Origin: Trichoplax adhaerens
Lineage: Eukaryota; Animalia; Placozoa
Assembly (NCBI RefSeq): GCF_000150275.1
Contig: NW_002060945.1
Location: forward strand, 4,203,397 to 4,267,396
Length of the DNA: 64,000 nucleotides
Direction: 5' to 3'
The translations under genes and the position numbers were made by a program. Positions 14,070-28,500 of the stretch are shown piece after piece (position 1 is the first letter of the stretch; each line of letters opens with the position of its first letter). The notes beneath the pieces were generated by a model. That model saw only the letters and a program-made list of their open reading frames with translations, was not told the origin of the DNA and searched no databases.

Positions 14070-14817
14070 TGCATGCGTCAACGCTGAGAGGATTCACCCT
14101 TGGCAAATACATCGTTCGCACCTTTGTCTTCACCCTACGCCTGAGTTCAGACACAGTCGTATCACCCCAAAAGTCGGAAGTGCATGCGTCAACGCTGAGA
14201 CGATTCACCCATTGCAAATGCATCATTCGCAGTGAGTGCCTGAGTTCAGACACAGCCGTATCAACCCAAAAGTCAGAAGTGCATGCGTCAATGCTGAGAG
14301 GATTCACCCTTTGCAAATGCATCGTTTGCACCCACTCTTCACCCTCCGGCTGAGTTCAGACACAGTCGTATCACCCCAAAAGTCAGAAGTGCATGCGTCA
14401 ACGCTGAGACGATTCACCCCTTTGCAAATGCATCGTTCGCACCCTGTCCTCACCGGGTGAAGTTCACCCTACGCCTAAGTTTCAGACACAGTCGTATCAA
14501 CCCAAAAGTCAGTAGTGCATCCATCAACGCTGAGAGGATTCACCCTTTGCAATGCATCATTCGCACCCTGTCTTCACCCTACGCCGGAGTTCAGACACAG
14601 CCGTATTAACCCAAAAGTCAGAAGTGCATGCGTCAACGCTGAGAGGATTCACCCTTTGCAAATACTGTACATCTTTGGCACCCTGAAATTCACCCTACGC
14701 CTGAGTTCAGACACAGTCGTATCAACCCAGAGGATTCACCCTTTGCAAATGCATCGTTCGCATCCACTCTTCACCCTACGCCTGAGTTCAAACACAGTCG
14801 GATCAACCCACAAGTCG
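14070..14817. repeat. Tandem repeat B, ~100-125-bp unit x ~6.5
   Basis: gtgcatgcgtcaacgctgagaggattcaccctttgcaaatgcatcg...ctgagttcagacacagtcgtatcaacccaaaagtcagaa, starting near 14070, 14180, 14280, 14390, 14515 and 14624, plus a truncated copy. Confidence 0.95.
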
Positions 14818-15599
14818 GAAGCGTATCTACACTACCATGTACTGTAGATACGCTTCATACTGTAGTACTGTACTGCACTCTCCCTTCTCTACAGTACCAT
14901 GTACTGGATTCACACAGTACTGTACTGTACAAGTGGACATCGGGCTGCTGTTGTTTTCAACTTGTTTACCACAACTTGGGGAATCTGCGTAGCAGTGTTG
15001 AAAGCGACTGCAAGACAATGGAATGGATTGTGAAAGCAGCATTGAAGACAACATTGCGATCAACATGGATATACAGTACAACTCCCCTATATGATAGGCA
15101 TAAAATCGACTGTATCCATATACGACTGTCCTACGGGCTATAGTCCATGTATGCTGTAGAACTTGGCAGTATTTTCGACACGTCGACTTGTACACTTTGT
15201 CTACAGGGAATACTATCGAAGCCATTGACTACTCCAAGAAAAATCTTTGCTTCCCGTAGTCCATGCTCAATGTCTCAGTCTGTCTGTTACTCTCACATTT
15301 CTTACTGATCAACCGATAGTACTAGTACGAACAGCAAGAAATGTGAGAGTACTGCTGAAGTAATTATCCAAGTATCAACACGAATGACTCTAATCGATGT
15401 ATACGAGGGAAAAAATCCCTGTCCAGGCTAGATTATTATATCATTATTTTGTTTTGGCACTACGTGGAAACAAAACAGTAAATCACCTCGCGGTCAGATG
15501 ACCATTTTTTTACCTCAGTGCGTGAGACCACATGACTTGAGACCGGGGCACGTCCAGTGCTACTAGTCTACTACTATACTCCAGTAGTCCAGTATACTG

Positions 15600-16153
15600 T
15601 ACTGTACTGTACAAATGGCTAGTAGTAAGTACAGTACTGGATGAGTTTAGCCAAATCCAGTATCAGACAGCGTTTGAACATGCGCAAAGCTCACCATGCC
15701 ATCCAAGCCACTAGACCGGGGTCCGTCGAGTACTACTACCTAGACCTGACTACTACCACTACACTGTATGAATGGCTAGTACTAGCGGGTGAGTTTAGCC
15801 AAATCCAGTATCAGGCAGCGTCGCTACGTTTGAACATGCGCAAAGCTGACAATGCTATCCAAGCCACTTGACCCGGGTACGTACTGTACTACTACTACTA
15901 TGCTGTACAAATAGCTAGTACTAGTACTGGATGAGTTTAGTGAAATTCATGGGCAGCTTCGCATCGCTTGAACATGCGCAAAGCTGACAATGTCATCCAA
16001 GCCACTTGACCGGAGTACGTACGGGTACTACAGTACTACTACTATACTGTACAAATAGCTGGTACTAATTACTGGATGAGTTTAGCCAAATCCAGTATCA
16101 GACAGCGTCGCATGGCTTGAACATGCGCAAAGCTGACAATGCCATCCAAGCCA
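15600..16153. repeat. Tandem repeat C, ~145-bp unit x 4, upstream of NCBP1
   Basis: gg(a)tgagtttag...ttgaacatgcgcaaagct...catccaagccac at ~15639, 15788, 15929 and 16074. Confidence 0.93.
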
Positions 16154-16529
16154 TCTTCGAAACAATACCGACCGCGCGGATGTGTAACTTGGTCAATGAT
16201 ACGCTGGACTAGTGACGTGCGATTGGAGTACGTACTCTCACTCAAGTCACTCGATGTGCAGTTGAAGAGCACAACGGTATCATCGACCTAGCTGGCAAAG
16301 GATTCTCCTTCCATTTTTCTCCTCCATCTTTCCATGTCTGGCTAAAAGAAAAATTCTCACTTTCCTCCACCCCAAAAGGAGCTATTCAACGACAACAGTA
16401 TTAAAAAAGGATCGACATTGGTGAATAAAGTAACAACACAAAGCCAATATTATTGCCTACTACCATAAGCTCATTCAGCGTTGATTGAACATTTTGAAAG
16501 ATTGCGCTACTCTTCATTGAAGTTTCATC

Positions 16530-19500
16530 ATGTCGCGTCGACGATATCACGATTCCGATGATGAATATGGTAAGAATTGACAACAAGATATACAATTCCA
16601 TCATTATGATAGGTGTCAGCATGGATTGCTGAATGGCCTACATGCAGTAATCTACGATATCGCTCTCTGTGTAGTGATGATTGAAAGTAGACAGTAGGAC
16701 TTGTAGAAGGATAAAAATTCACACTAGTCTCGTTGTATTGCAATGTCTTTGGTAAGCCAATGATAAATTATGCCAAATAGTTTATACTGAATACGATAGC
16801 AACCATCCAATACAGTGATTGATTTCATGAGAAGGTTGCTTGAAGAAGAAAACCTAGTTATTGATCGAATTGAAAGAGCATTGGTCAGCTCAACAAAGCT
16901 TTAAATCAATAGTAGAATGACTTACGTATATAATGCATGGACATGCAATAGATCGAAAACAAATAGGATTTATGTACTGTAGTTAAGATATCATTAGCTT
17001 TCAATGAATCACAGGATAATAGCTAGCATGGGTAAAGATGCAATACATCCAAAGAAACGATTCATCTTATGTCATTTAGATATCCTTAACCTTGAATGAA
17101 TCATAGCATAACAGTAAGCATGGAGAAAGATGCAACATGTCCAAAAGAAATGATTTATCTACTGTAATTTAGATATCATTAACCATGAAATCATAGCATA
17201 ACAGTGAGCATGGAGAAAGATGCAATACATCCAAAAGAAATGATTCATCTACTGTAATTTAGATATCATTAACCTTGAATGAATCATAGCATAACAGTAA
17301 GCATGGAGAAAGATGCAACATGTCCAAAAGAAATGATTCATCTACTGTAATTTAGATATCATTAACCTTGAATGAATCATGGGATAATAGTGAGCATAGA
17401 GAAAGATGCAATACATCCAAAAGAAATGATTCATCTACTGTAATTTAGATATCATTAACCTTGAATCAATCATAGCATAACGGTAAGCATGGAGAAAGAT
17501 GCAACATTTCCAAAAGAAATGATTCATGTAGTCGAGATACGTATCATTGACCTAGAACGAATCACAGAATAACAAATAAGAAACACGGATAGAGATGCAA
17601 TAGGTCCAAAAGAAAGTGCTCATGTAATCAAGACATCGATGATTTTAGTAAGCATAGATAGAAATACAGCGTATCCGTGCACAGTAAGCCAAACATCATT
17701 AATCTGAAACTTTCCCTACAGTAAGATAAATGATACGCGTACAAGCATGGATAAAGATTCAACATGTCGAAAGAAAATCACTCGTATCATTAATTATTGT
17801 CATTGATCTTGTATGAATTTAAGGATAACTAATCGAATATCCACGGATAGAATTATATACAATTGAGTCAGAACAAGTCACACATCTACTGTAAGTATTA
17901 TTACTGATCTTGGATGAAATACGGGAGAACGAATAGGAAACATAAATAGTATGATACTACAGTCCTAAGAAATCACAGATAGAGTTTAGGTATCATTGGT
18001 CTGCAATCAATCACACAATAGCAAACATGCATATTGCATGGCTAGATGTACGACATATCCAGAGAAATCACGCTTACACGTAGTCTGCTATTTAATCATC
18101 ATTGATCTACAATGAATCACAGGGTACTAAATATTAAAAAAGGAATCATGCATATCGCTTAATTATTATTATTCTTGAATGAGCTACAAGATAATCAAGA
18201 TGAAGCATACAGAAGCAGCATCCCCACTTATCTGTTTCTATTTGATCGTAATCATCTTTCTAACCGATTGTGATTGTCAAATAAAAGTAGTAGTCATTAT
18301 AATATTTCATTAGATTAATTGTGCCTCTTGGCAATGGTGTTGTTTTTCGAAATACTCAACCGGATCATTAAATATCAATTAGATCATAGGCAAGCTAAAC
18401 GATTTCGCAGAAGCAACAATGAACCCAAGCAAATTGAAGACAGATTAGAGTCTTTGATATTTCGCGTTGGAGAAAAAGTAAGTCTATAAAAATCAATCTT
18501 TACATCATAGTTGCTCTCTTGTTATAATGTCTGTAATATCAACAATTTTAATCCGTAATTGTACACTAAAGCATGAAGATGGAATATCGAGCTGCATTGC
18601 AAAACCATAATTTATTCAAACCATTTTGCCTCCTTAATCACTAAAGTACACTTTCATCAAATTTATGATAGACTATCTGTATATACTGGATGTTATTATG
18701 AACAGGGTATTATAATTATTATTATTATTACAGACCGCAAAACAATAGTAAATATGTTTATGCGTCCTATACTGTACTCGTTGTATATATTAGTATGCTA
18801 TGATAATATATAAAGCAATCATCCGTATCATGGTGGGTATATTTAAGAATAGACAATTGAAACCATCAACTTGAAATTTATATTTCGCCGCGTTTTAATT
18901 AGCTAAACAGTACACTTATAGTAATGCATAGTTTATTAACATGGATTAAAGCCACCAAAAAACATTTGTACGCTTTTTGATCACGGTTTGCAATATCATT
19001 ATCTCCATCAGTTTATTTTAGGTAATTGAAGCCACTACAAAATATATCGTAAATACTTTGCATCTTGTAACACAATCCTGCAGAAATGAAATATAACATT
19101 ATACAAAATTGATACGGTTCATAACGTTACATCGTTCTTACTTGCAAATTGCACTAATATCAATTCAATTTTACAGAGTAGTTCGTCATTAGAAACGAAT
19201 TTAGAAAAACTTGCTGGCGTACTACAAGCAGATATACCTAATTATAAGCAAAAAATTCTCGATACTTTGTACAACAGGTAAGAAATTGCATTCAATACGA
19301 GCTTACATCTTGGTCATATAAAACTAAGCCTAATGTTTCATAAATAATTCTACATTATCGTGATATTTTTGATGCTTGCTTTATATGTTCATATTATTCT
19401 TCTACTACTGAGTACGACGTAGAAAATTAAAATACCACTTATTATTAAATTAGTCTTCATGTTTACTACACTGCAGCTATATTAATGTAACAAAAATTAA

Positions 19501-22500
19501 AATATCGTATTCTTATATGTTTCTTCCTTATTGGTTGTAGATATGATTAAATAGTTCGGCTTGTTAATCTATCAATTAGAACGTTGAAACTAATACTCAT
19601 TACCGAAATCCTTTTGTTCTCTTTTTCTTCATATTGACAGTGTAACGTTGCTACCTTTCAAAGTATCCATTTATTCCACTCTTATTGGCCTCTTAAATGC
19701 TAAGAATTATAAATCTGGTGAAGAGGTAAATGAATAAATAGTATTATGTACCCGACACATTATATTCATAATGTAAAAGATATACCACGTATGGCTAACA
19801 TACTATACTACATAAGTAACTTCTACATAAAAAACAAAATGCGTAGAACTTTAACAACAAAGTTAAATAATTATGATTGATCCCGCTAGTTTGTTAACAT
19901 GGCTGTTGCAAATCTTGAGCAAGATCTAATGAAAGGCCAATTTGAACCAGCTCTAATAAAGGTAACCGCCGTCATCTTATATGCTATTGTTTTACAATTA
20001 TATTATTTTTGCATAGTGAATCTAATCTCTAAAGCGCTAAATCTACTTCTGCACGATATAAAAATATTACGGTGTATAGTTAGAGATTGTTTGAGATGCT
20101 CATTAGCTTAAAATTAAATAAACTTTATCTCTTTATGTTTAAAAGGTACGCCTTTTAGCAGATATGGTCAATGCTCATGTCATATCATCAACTCCTATCA
20201 TGATCATGTTTAGCAGTTTTGTTGGTGTTACTAAGGAACCTGACATTCCGCAGGTATCCCATAGCTGAATAAAAAGTTTCCTTTTTTTATCAGTTACTTA
20301 TATAGTTAAGAACTACAAATTAGAGCAACTGTAAGTACTTTAACGTTACACCTTGTACACTAAATTCATTTCCTTATAGGCCCGATCTGACTGGTTCGTG
20401 TATGCAGTGCTTTCTGCTTTACCATGGGTAAGTTACAGTCTGACATTGAATTAATCTTACAACTTAAAACATGCTGGATCAATGATACAAAATCATTACA
20501 ATACCAGGTTGGCAGACAACTATTTAAAGAGAAAGGAGAAGATTTGGCGAATTTAATGTCGAGTATAGACAGTTATATCAAGTAAGGGGCGGTTCCACTT
20601 CACTACAATTGGATTGATGCTGAATTATCCCTCTAGACTGTACCATAGTGTGTAAATTATCTTAATGTATTAATCTAGACGTAGGAAAAAACCATACCTG
20701 TCATCATTGTATACCTGGAAGGAAAAAATCTATCCACCCCAAGAAGATGTTAGTTAAATTCTTATCCTGTCCTCATCTGTAAATTATTTGTCCTGCTAAT
20801 CCTATAAGATCAATTTCATTCTTAAATTTAGTATCTAGACTGCTTATGGCAACAAATAAAGGATTTAAAATCAAATGGGTGGAAGGTAATTCTTATCTAC
20901 CTTGCATCTAATAAGACTCTTCCCTGTTATCAACAATATATTCTCTTTCAGGAACGTTACCTACATCGACCTTACCGTGCTTTCGATGATATATTGGTCA
21001 ATGCCTTTGATGTAAGACTTAGACAATTCTGACTGTACAATCTAAGCAAAATCCTACTACTTTCATAAAAAATAAAATTTACAATAGCTATCGATATCTT
21101 TGGTTAATAAATTAATGTTATACATTATCTATCTATTTTAGCATACATTTCCAATAGTAACAATACCGCACCATGACGATGATGTGATCTACCCGTTGCC
21201 AAAAGTTACTTTTAGGCTTATTAAACAAGAAGCAGAGGTAATAAAGAAACTAGATAGATAAAAGTTTATTTATTCAACACTACTCATGTAATACCAATTC
21301 TTTAAAGAGTGAAACTGTTCATTGCGTCGAGAGATACATAATGGAAGAATCTATCCGTACTATAATGAAATCCATGTATAAAAATCGTAAAGAATGGTTA
21401 GATGTAACAAATATTTCAATAATCTCTATTAATTAATTACTTATACCAAGAGAGATATCATATTTTGCATAGATTCATATCGTAAATTGTAATCAATGTC
21501 TTTAATACTGTAACATTTATTCTGTTGTAGTGCTTCTCGCCTTTTGTCTCTTCCTAGCAGATCCAGACTGTCATTATATGATACTATTATCGAGGTAACA
21601 GAGCATACGCATATATGATTACAAATCGTAAAATATTCAATCGCACCTATAAAAACTCTCAATGTTGTTAATTGCAGACCATTTTTAGTGATCTATTCAC
21701 TCTTCCGAAATCAGTATTTCCAGAGCTTTTCACTAGTTCTTTATTAATAGAATTATGCAAGTCAGAGCCAACCGTTGTCCCCAAAGTGGTATGCTACCTG
21801 ATTTTTAAGCTATATCTTCCAATTACATTTATGATGTTAATTTTGTCAAAATTATTAATAGAAATTTACAGCATATAATTACGAATAATAATAATAATAT
21901 TTGTTTACCATTTAGCTTGCTGAAGCAACAGGGATCCTATATGATCGTGTTGACATCATGAATGTTACCTGTGTGCATCGGTACATCTTTAAATACACTT
22001 TTTTAGATAATGAAACAATCTACGCTTTTAATTTCACCTTTATTACTGCAATCCGTAAATGTTGATTTAGTAGTTATTTTTGATTAATATTAGTAAGATT
22101 GACTCCATGAATTATTGATATGACAGATTTGCTAGCTGGTTTTCATATCATCTTAGTAACTTTCAATATAAATGGAGTTGGAACGATTGGTAAGTTAACA
22201 ATAGTTCGATAATATTTTATCCTTATCTTAAAATTTGAAAGATACTGATGCTTTAAAACCCTTACAAACGCGATATTAGGGAGGACTGCTTAAACCAAGA
22301 ATCATCCCCGAAACGGAGATTCGTTAGTGAAGTTTTAGAAAAATGTGTACGGTAAGTAGATCGATATTAAATTTCCATCTTTAGTACTTAGCAGTTGTAA
22401 CTCGAAAACAATTTCATTTTAACGTTTGTTGCATTGCGATCTTTAGGCTAGCATATTTCGACCGTATCGTTGAAATTATCACTGAGCCTCTTGTTCAATT

Positions 22501-24433
22501 ATTACCCCCTGAACCCTCGCCGAAGTGCAAATTTGAAAGATCAGATGCTGGTGATTACAAAAAGCTAATAATTTTTCAAATATATACTTATGGAGAAAAT
22601 ATTACGTTATTATAAGACATATTGTCTCCTATATATACGCGTTCGTAGAATCAACGGATCCTGCTGTAAATCTAGCTCAGCAATTATTTACAGCATTCAA
22701 GGCCAAGAAATCGCCAGAGGAAGTTATTGAAGTTTTAGAGAGCGCAAAAACAAGTTTATTTGCTGATAATGAAGGTATTTATATTTATTGTAGGTATAAA
22801 ACTTTATTATTATCGCTTACTATACAAAGAATCTAATCTTGCCTATGATAGTCTGAATTGAGCCAAGGCAAACAGCTGAAATATTACAGAGTACTGTAAA
22901 ATTGTTCGAATTTTAGCAGTTAAAAATCTTTAATCATTTGTAGATGAATATGCGAAGACTGCTGCAGAGGTGTTAGTACAATGCGTACTATCCATTGGAC
23001 AAAAGTCTATTAGCCATGCTACAAGCGGAATTACAAAGTATGCTTAATGTATAGAAACGTATTGAATATACACCACAAAATGAATAGATAAAGTGATTAT
23101 TAATGACAGCACTAAATTCTCTATCTACCTATTAATATTAAAGGAAATTAATTTCTTATAAATCATAGATTTAAGACAGTATTTAAAGCTATCATCAAGG
23201 GTGGTGACGAGCAAATAATATGTTTAAATTCTATGTTTAGCGTTTGGGAACGTAATATACAGGTACTTCATATATCAATACTACGAATTGTATGATAACA
23301 AAATTATGTTAAGGCTAAATAATATTCAGTTAAACCTTAAATTTTAATTGAACACTTTTGTTTTTATCTATTTATGATAAGATTTTAGAGTTACTTTTAG
23401 ACAAAATGCTACGACTTGAAATTATTGAACCATCTTCAGTCATTAATTGGCTTCTTTCACGGGATATGTTAGGCAGTTTTCAAAGGTTATATTGCACAAT
23501 ATACTTAACCACTTCATAGCTTGTATTTGCCTAGATTTTCTGTTGTCTAAAGTTATTCTATCTATATATTTAAAATGATTTATTCTTTAGATTCTTTGTA
23601 TGGAATATCGTACATCATTGCTTACGAAAATGTAGTAAACGATTGCGTATTGTAAGTGCATCCCAATCTTTCTAAATCCAAGTTTGCATATCTGCTTTCA
23701 CGCTTTAATAATAATTGTATACGTGTACGCGTATATTAATTAATAAATGATGTTTCATGATTCAAAGGCCAAAAGAGAACTGCAGGATGTAAAAGAAAAA
23801 TTTAGTGCTTGTTCGGTTTGTCCTGCAAAAATACTTTCATTTAATCAATCTGGTGTTTTATTGCTAATACGATATATATTCATACTAATATTACAGAATT
23901 CAGAGGATACCACTGATGAAGAAAGATCAAAACTATCTAATGCTGTGGATAATCTATCAGATGAAGTGTATAACGCTTATCAAAAGCAAAAAGAAGTATT
24001 TTTAATCTTATTCCAGGTAATACAGTGCCTTGCATAATTTGTAAGACAATGATATACAGCAAATCATCATTGGAGTAAGCTTCATTAAGATTTTTACTAT
24101 CTCTTTGTCTGTTTTTAGCGATTTATTATCATACTAAATGATCATCTGTATCGTCGAGAGCAAGATCAAAGTAGTCCATGGTTAAGCTTCGCCCTGGAAA
24201 AGCTGAAGGAAGTGATGCATATGGTAAATGTACTAATAGAATTATGGTTATTGTTGCGTACGGTATATACAGTACTCGTAAATGCTCTTTTTTTAATCAA
24301 TTTTCTTCTTATATTATAGTATTATGAAGAAGTATTTTCATACAAGGAAACACTAGAACAGTTACTTTTCACTTCCGAGACGGATTCACGTATACTTCGA
24401 GTTTTTACTGACTTTTGTTCACTTCGTGATTGA
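16530..24433 (+). CDS. NCBP1: Nuclear cap-binding protein subunit 1 (CBP80), ~28 small coding exons
   Basis: Exon 1 (16530-16569, MSRRRYHDSDDEY) splices in phase 1 to 18383-18477 (DHRQAKRFRR...EDRLESLIFRVGEK). Later exons encode SSSSLETNLEKLA, IYSTLIGLLNAKNY, DWFVYAVLSALPW, YLDCLWQQI, WFSYHLSNFQYKWSW and KSISH. The last exon (24320-24433) ends LEQLLFT...FCSLRD*. Confidence 0.93.
16975..17640. repeat. Tandem repeat D, ~92-bp unit x ~7, decaying to ~18200, in NCBP1 intron 1
   Basis: atcatagcataacagtaagcatggagaaagatgcaa...ccaaaagaaatgattcatctactgtaatttagatatcattaaccttgaatga at ~17008, 17100, 17190, 17283, 17377, 17469 and 17561. Confidence 0.93.
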
Positions 24434-25597
24434 ATAATATAGCAGCTATCTACTTGTTTAAATATCAACATCCTTTGGCTAATCTTTATAATACTCTAAT
24501 TATGTTATGTAAAGTTTCGACACTGTCCTTTTCTTTCTTAGAATATATGCCATGCCGTTTTATGTAGGTCTGTAAAGTGTTTTAAATTCTACCCTTTCAA
24601 ATAATAGCAGGCCTACTTTGGCATATTATACCTTTATCAATAAATGAAAATATACATATATTGTATATGGAAAATTGTCTATTTTCTATTACTTACAATT
24701 AGTAAAATATATTCTAGATGGAATGGACAAATATTCAATCTACAGTATCTAGATTGGATATCATTCCTAACACATTCAGTGTTCAGGAATGCCTTAGTAT
24801 CCCAGCAGCTTTTCTATTTCGAAATTAACTCTATGATCACCCAGCCAGGAAATATTCCAAAAAAATTCTTTGGTGATTGAAAATGATAGTTTCTATTTAT
24901 ATAATTATTACAGAAGAATGTATGTAGTAGTCCTTGACAAGGAATAGGTTATTCTTTGCTGCTGCAGCAATATATTGCTTATAAACTGCATAAATCATAA
25001 TGCAGCATCTTTAGAGATAAAGGTCAATCAATCCTGATGGAGTTGTTACTAGGTCAGAAGGTAGATACAACAAAAAGTCAAACAATATCGTATCATATTT
25101 CAATGACAACGTCGCATCATTGTTGTATGAGAAAATAATTTTCGAAAGCTGAAGTGCGTATTTACTCAACACTATAATAATATATCAACGACTCTACAAC
25201 AAAAGTCTACTTATTACTATTATTAGTTAAATCTGATTATAATTGCATGTAAGTTTCTCTATCACTGTAAATATATAAAACGGTCAGAAGTTTAGAGCTC
25301 ACCCATCAAGTCATCCGCTGCTAGACCAGCTAAAGTTAAAAATATCTTACTAATAAACAAGGAAGTAAATTGTATCAAATCCATTACACGTATAATTCGT
25401 TTTATTTACAGTCAATACGATGGAAGTAACTATGTAACGACTAAATTTTTGTCAAAGTATTGAATTAAAAATTTTACAAAACTTACAGATTTCTAGTTTA
25501 ACTAGATCAACAATTTTTTTATTAAAAATAACGTTTTTCTTACATTCCTAGTTTACCAGGTAGAATTAAATTTCAGGTCGGAATGAAATCAGCTCAA

Positions 25598-28500
25598 TTA
25601 AGAGCTTCTAATGTTACATTTGTCATCTTCGTGTAAGCTAACAAATCTATAACCAATCAAATATCCAACAAGTGCAGATAGCGAAGTAATAATAAACGAA
25701 GAGACTTCAAATAAGAGTCGCGGAGCAAATATTTTCCATGCCATCAAATGGCGACGCAATACTGCAGCAGCGATTGCGGCTGAAAATACTTTTATACCAC
25801 AAAATAAAATGAAATAAACAACAATCTCAAAGAATGAACTATAACAAATAATTTCTCTATTCACGCCTTTACGGTACTTTTTCCATAACTCAGGATATCG
25901 AATCATAGGCACTAATAGAGTTACACAAAGGCCAAATATAATCTGAGCTGCGTATGTATTTAAAAGGACCAATAAACCAAGCAAAGCATAGCTATTAGAA
26001 TCACCATGAAGACCAGTAAATGCAGCAGCCCATCTTATTGTAATAATTGCATTTTGGTGACCAGTAATAAAATAGGATTGTGAACATAGGATTTCCCAGG
26101 TAAGTATTTGTGTCCAACATGACATCACAGAACCTAAAGATATAAATCATATTGAATGCAATTACATATTTGTTACTGTCGACAGAGGCATTTTTACCCG
26201 AATCATGATCACACCTATAAAAATTTATCAATTTTATATCATAACGTGTACAGTATAGTACTATACATCCTAAATGTACTATAAATTAGCTAGTTGATTA
26301 CTGGAGTATACCTGAATTGTCTTGCATTGATAATAAACGGCAAAAATTACTTAGAGCTAGAAAGCAAGTAATACCAAATAGGCAAAGTAGTAACGATGGT
26401 GCTAACCCACAGCCTAGCAGCATCATTAACGGTAAAGATAGTGTTAAAAGGAGTAACTTCATTGTTATTTCTAGTTTATCTAGTTGTAACCCTTTACTAA
26501 GGTTAACCTTTGCAATCGTTTTCATCATAGATTTAGATAATAAAGTTATTACTGTAATAATTACAACAGCGTAGACTATTCGAGGTAAGATTACATGCTG
26601 CCACGGTAGTAATGACTTTAAAATAGATTCTGGTAAAGATAAGATCAACCAGTAACCAATAATACATATTGAACAAATTGGAGTACTCCATTTCAACAAT
26701 TTGCCAAAGGTAGTAAATTTCAAATTATCTTGATGTATCGTTAATATAAGCAATACAGATACTATTAATACGGATGCAAATGAAAGGCATTTATAGGACC
26801 AATGGATTCCTGTAGGAGAGTTCAGTAAATTTGATGGAGCACACCAGTATTGCTCTTCTCGACATGAATAAAATGAGGAAGCAATGCGATTACCGCACAT
26901 CCAAGCCAAACCTAATAACAACATATTTTTCAATCCATTGGCATTCTTCTCTCCTTTCTTAACATTCTTTGCAGTATTTTTAAAAAGTTTAAATATGTAC
27001 ACTATAGCACATGTTTGGACAAAGAAGCGTGTAATATTATCTTCCATGACTACAAAACTATTTGAAAAATAAGATAATGAATGAAAGATAAAACAACATC
27101 CAATCAGCATTGATTCACATTCGGTGGAGTATAGCAAATTTACCCAAATTATAAAATAATCATCAAGTCTGCCTGTATTAGTATAAAAGCAAGATACAGC
27201 TGATGCCAATGCACTTATAAAGACAACAATAGACAAAACGTATGATATATCAAGCCAATGTAAAAAATAAGTAGCTAGAACTAACGTCACTAATGTCAAG
27301 AACCAAACTCTATAAGCTAGTTTGATATTCCAATTAATGGTACTATCTACTTCCAACTGGACTAAAACAGATTCTTTCAAATTTCGTTGGCGTTGTAATA
27401 TCATTAATGTACTAATAATGGCTATCATTAGTATTAAAAGACCGAAGCAAATTGTAATCATATCAAATTTAGCCCAAACACTTGCACAAATTTCTCGTAC
27501 ATTCCTCAGATAGCTTTGATAGGCTCGATGGATGTTACTTAATTGTTCACTGTTTAACGATAAATCATGTGAATTTAAATTTTTCCAATAATTTGCTTCT
27601 AAAGCTGTGTATTCTTCTTCTAATTGTAGCGATATTGGACCAAGAAAATCATTAGCCAATTTTGAGTAAGTTTTTAAATAAGTGTTAACCTGCCAAGCAT
27701 TTATTCGCAGCATTTCAATCCTGTGGTACATGTTTATCAAAGAATCGTTTGTAATTGTAAAGAGTTCATCTGCTACTAAGCCGAGATTGGCAAATGGAAT
27801 AGGTAGTCCAAGCAATAGAGATATAGTTGGTACTAAATCAGCTTGTGAAATTGTTTTCCACCCCTGTATTATTGCACAGTTAAAATGTCAATAGTACCTG
27901 TCAGAATTACATTGATGACGATAAATAGTACCGTATTGATGTTCAATTTTTTATGAAGTATTGTCGTTAAGTCATGATCCTTATGAATTAATCTATCCAG
28001 TGATACAATTTTTTTATTTATTCTAGATATTATTCATACCTTGTCTGGCCTACCATTATTTATAGGACGTCCAGAATAAACGAATAGTGCCGCTGTAATT
28101 TCAGCATCACTATCACCTCCATGGTCTCCAGTTCGAGTCATACCATGATCTCCCATAATCAATAGTATAGTATCATTATCGATATTAGCGATGATTTTTC
28201 TAATAGGATTAATTGAGTACATCGCTAGATTAATTTGCGTTACTTGACTGAAATGATTAGCGATTAGATATGATTTATTATCAAATATATTACGAGTGAT
28301 ACAATTACAGTATGAGCTACATCCTATTTTAAAAGTACATTGAGTAGCCTCTAATACAATTGCTATTTTCAGCCAACGTAATTCCTTACCTTAAGATAGT
28401 ATCCATTTGTATTAATTTATTGGACATTTCTGGATGATTGGGACCATAAGTATGACCACAATGATCAACACCGAGAAAATGAGCTATCAGTACACTCCAA

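Noticed and set aside
14026-14847. Overlapping ORFs in array B, and a possible CRISPR-like appearance
   Set aside because: Units are homologous along their whole length with indels and no unique spacers. No cas genes are present and the context is eukaryotic.
20254-20379. NCBP1 intron starting GTATCCCA as a possible U12 intron
   Set aside because: It deviates from GTATCCTT and has no clear TCCTTAAC branch site at the right distance, so it is treated as U2.
26163-26214. Possible extra PIGO exon
   Set aside because: It has no phase-compatible donor; direct splicing 26312 to 26133 keeps the frame.
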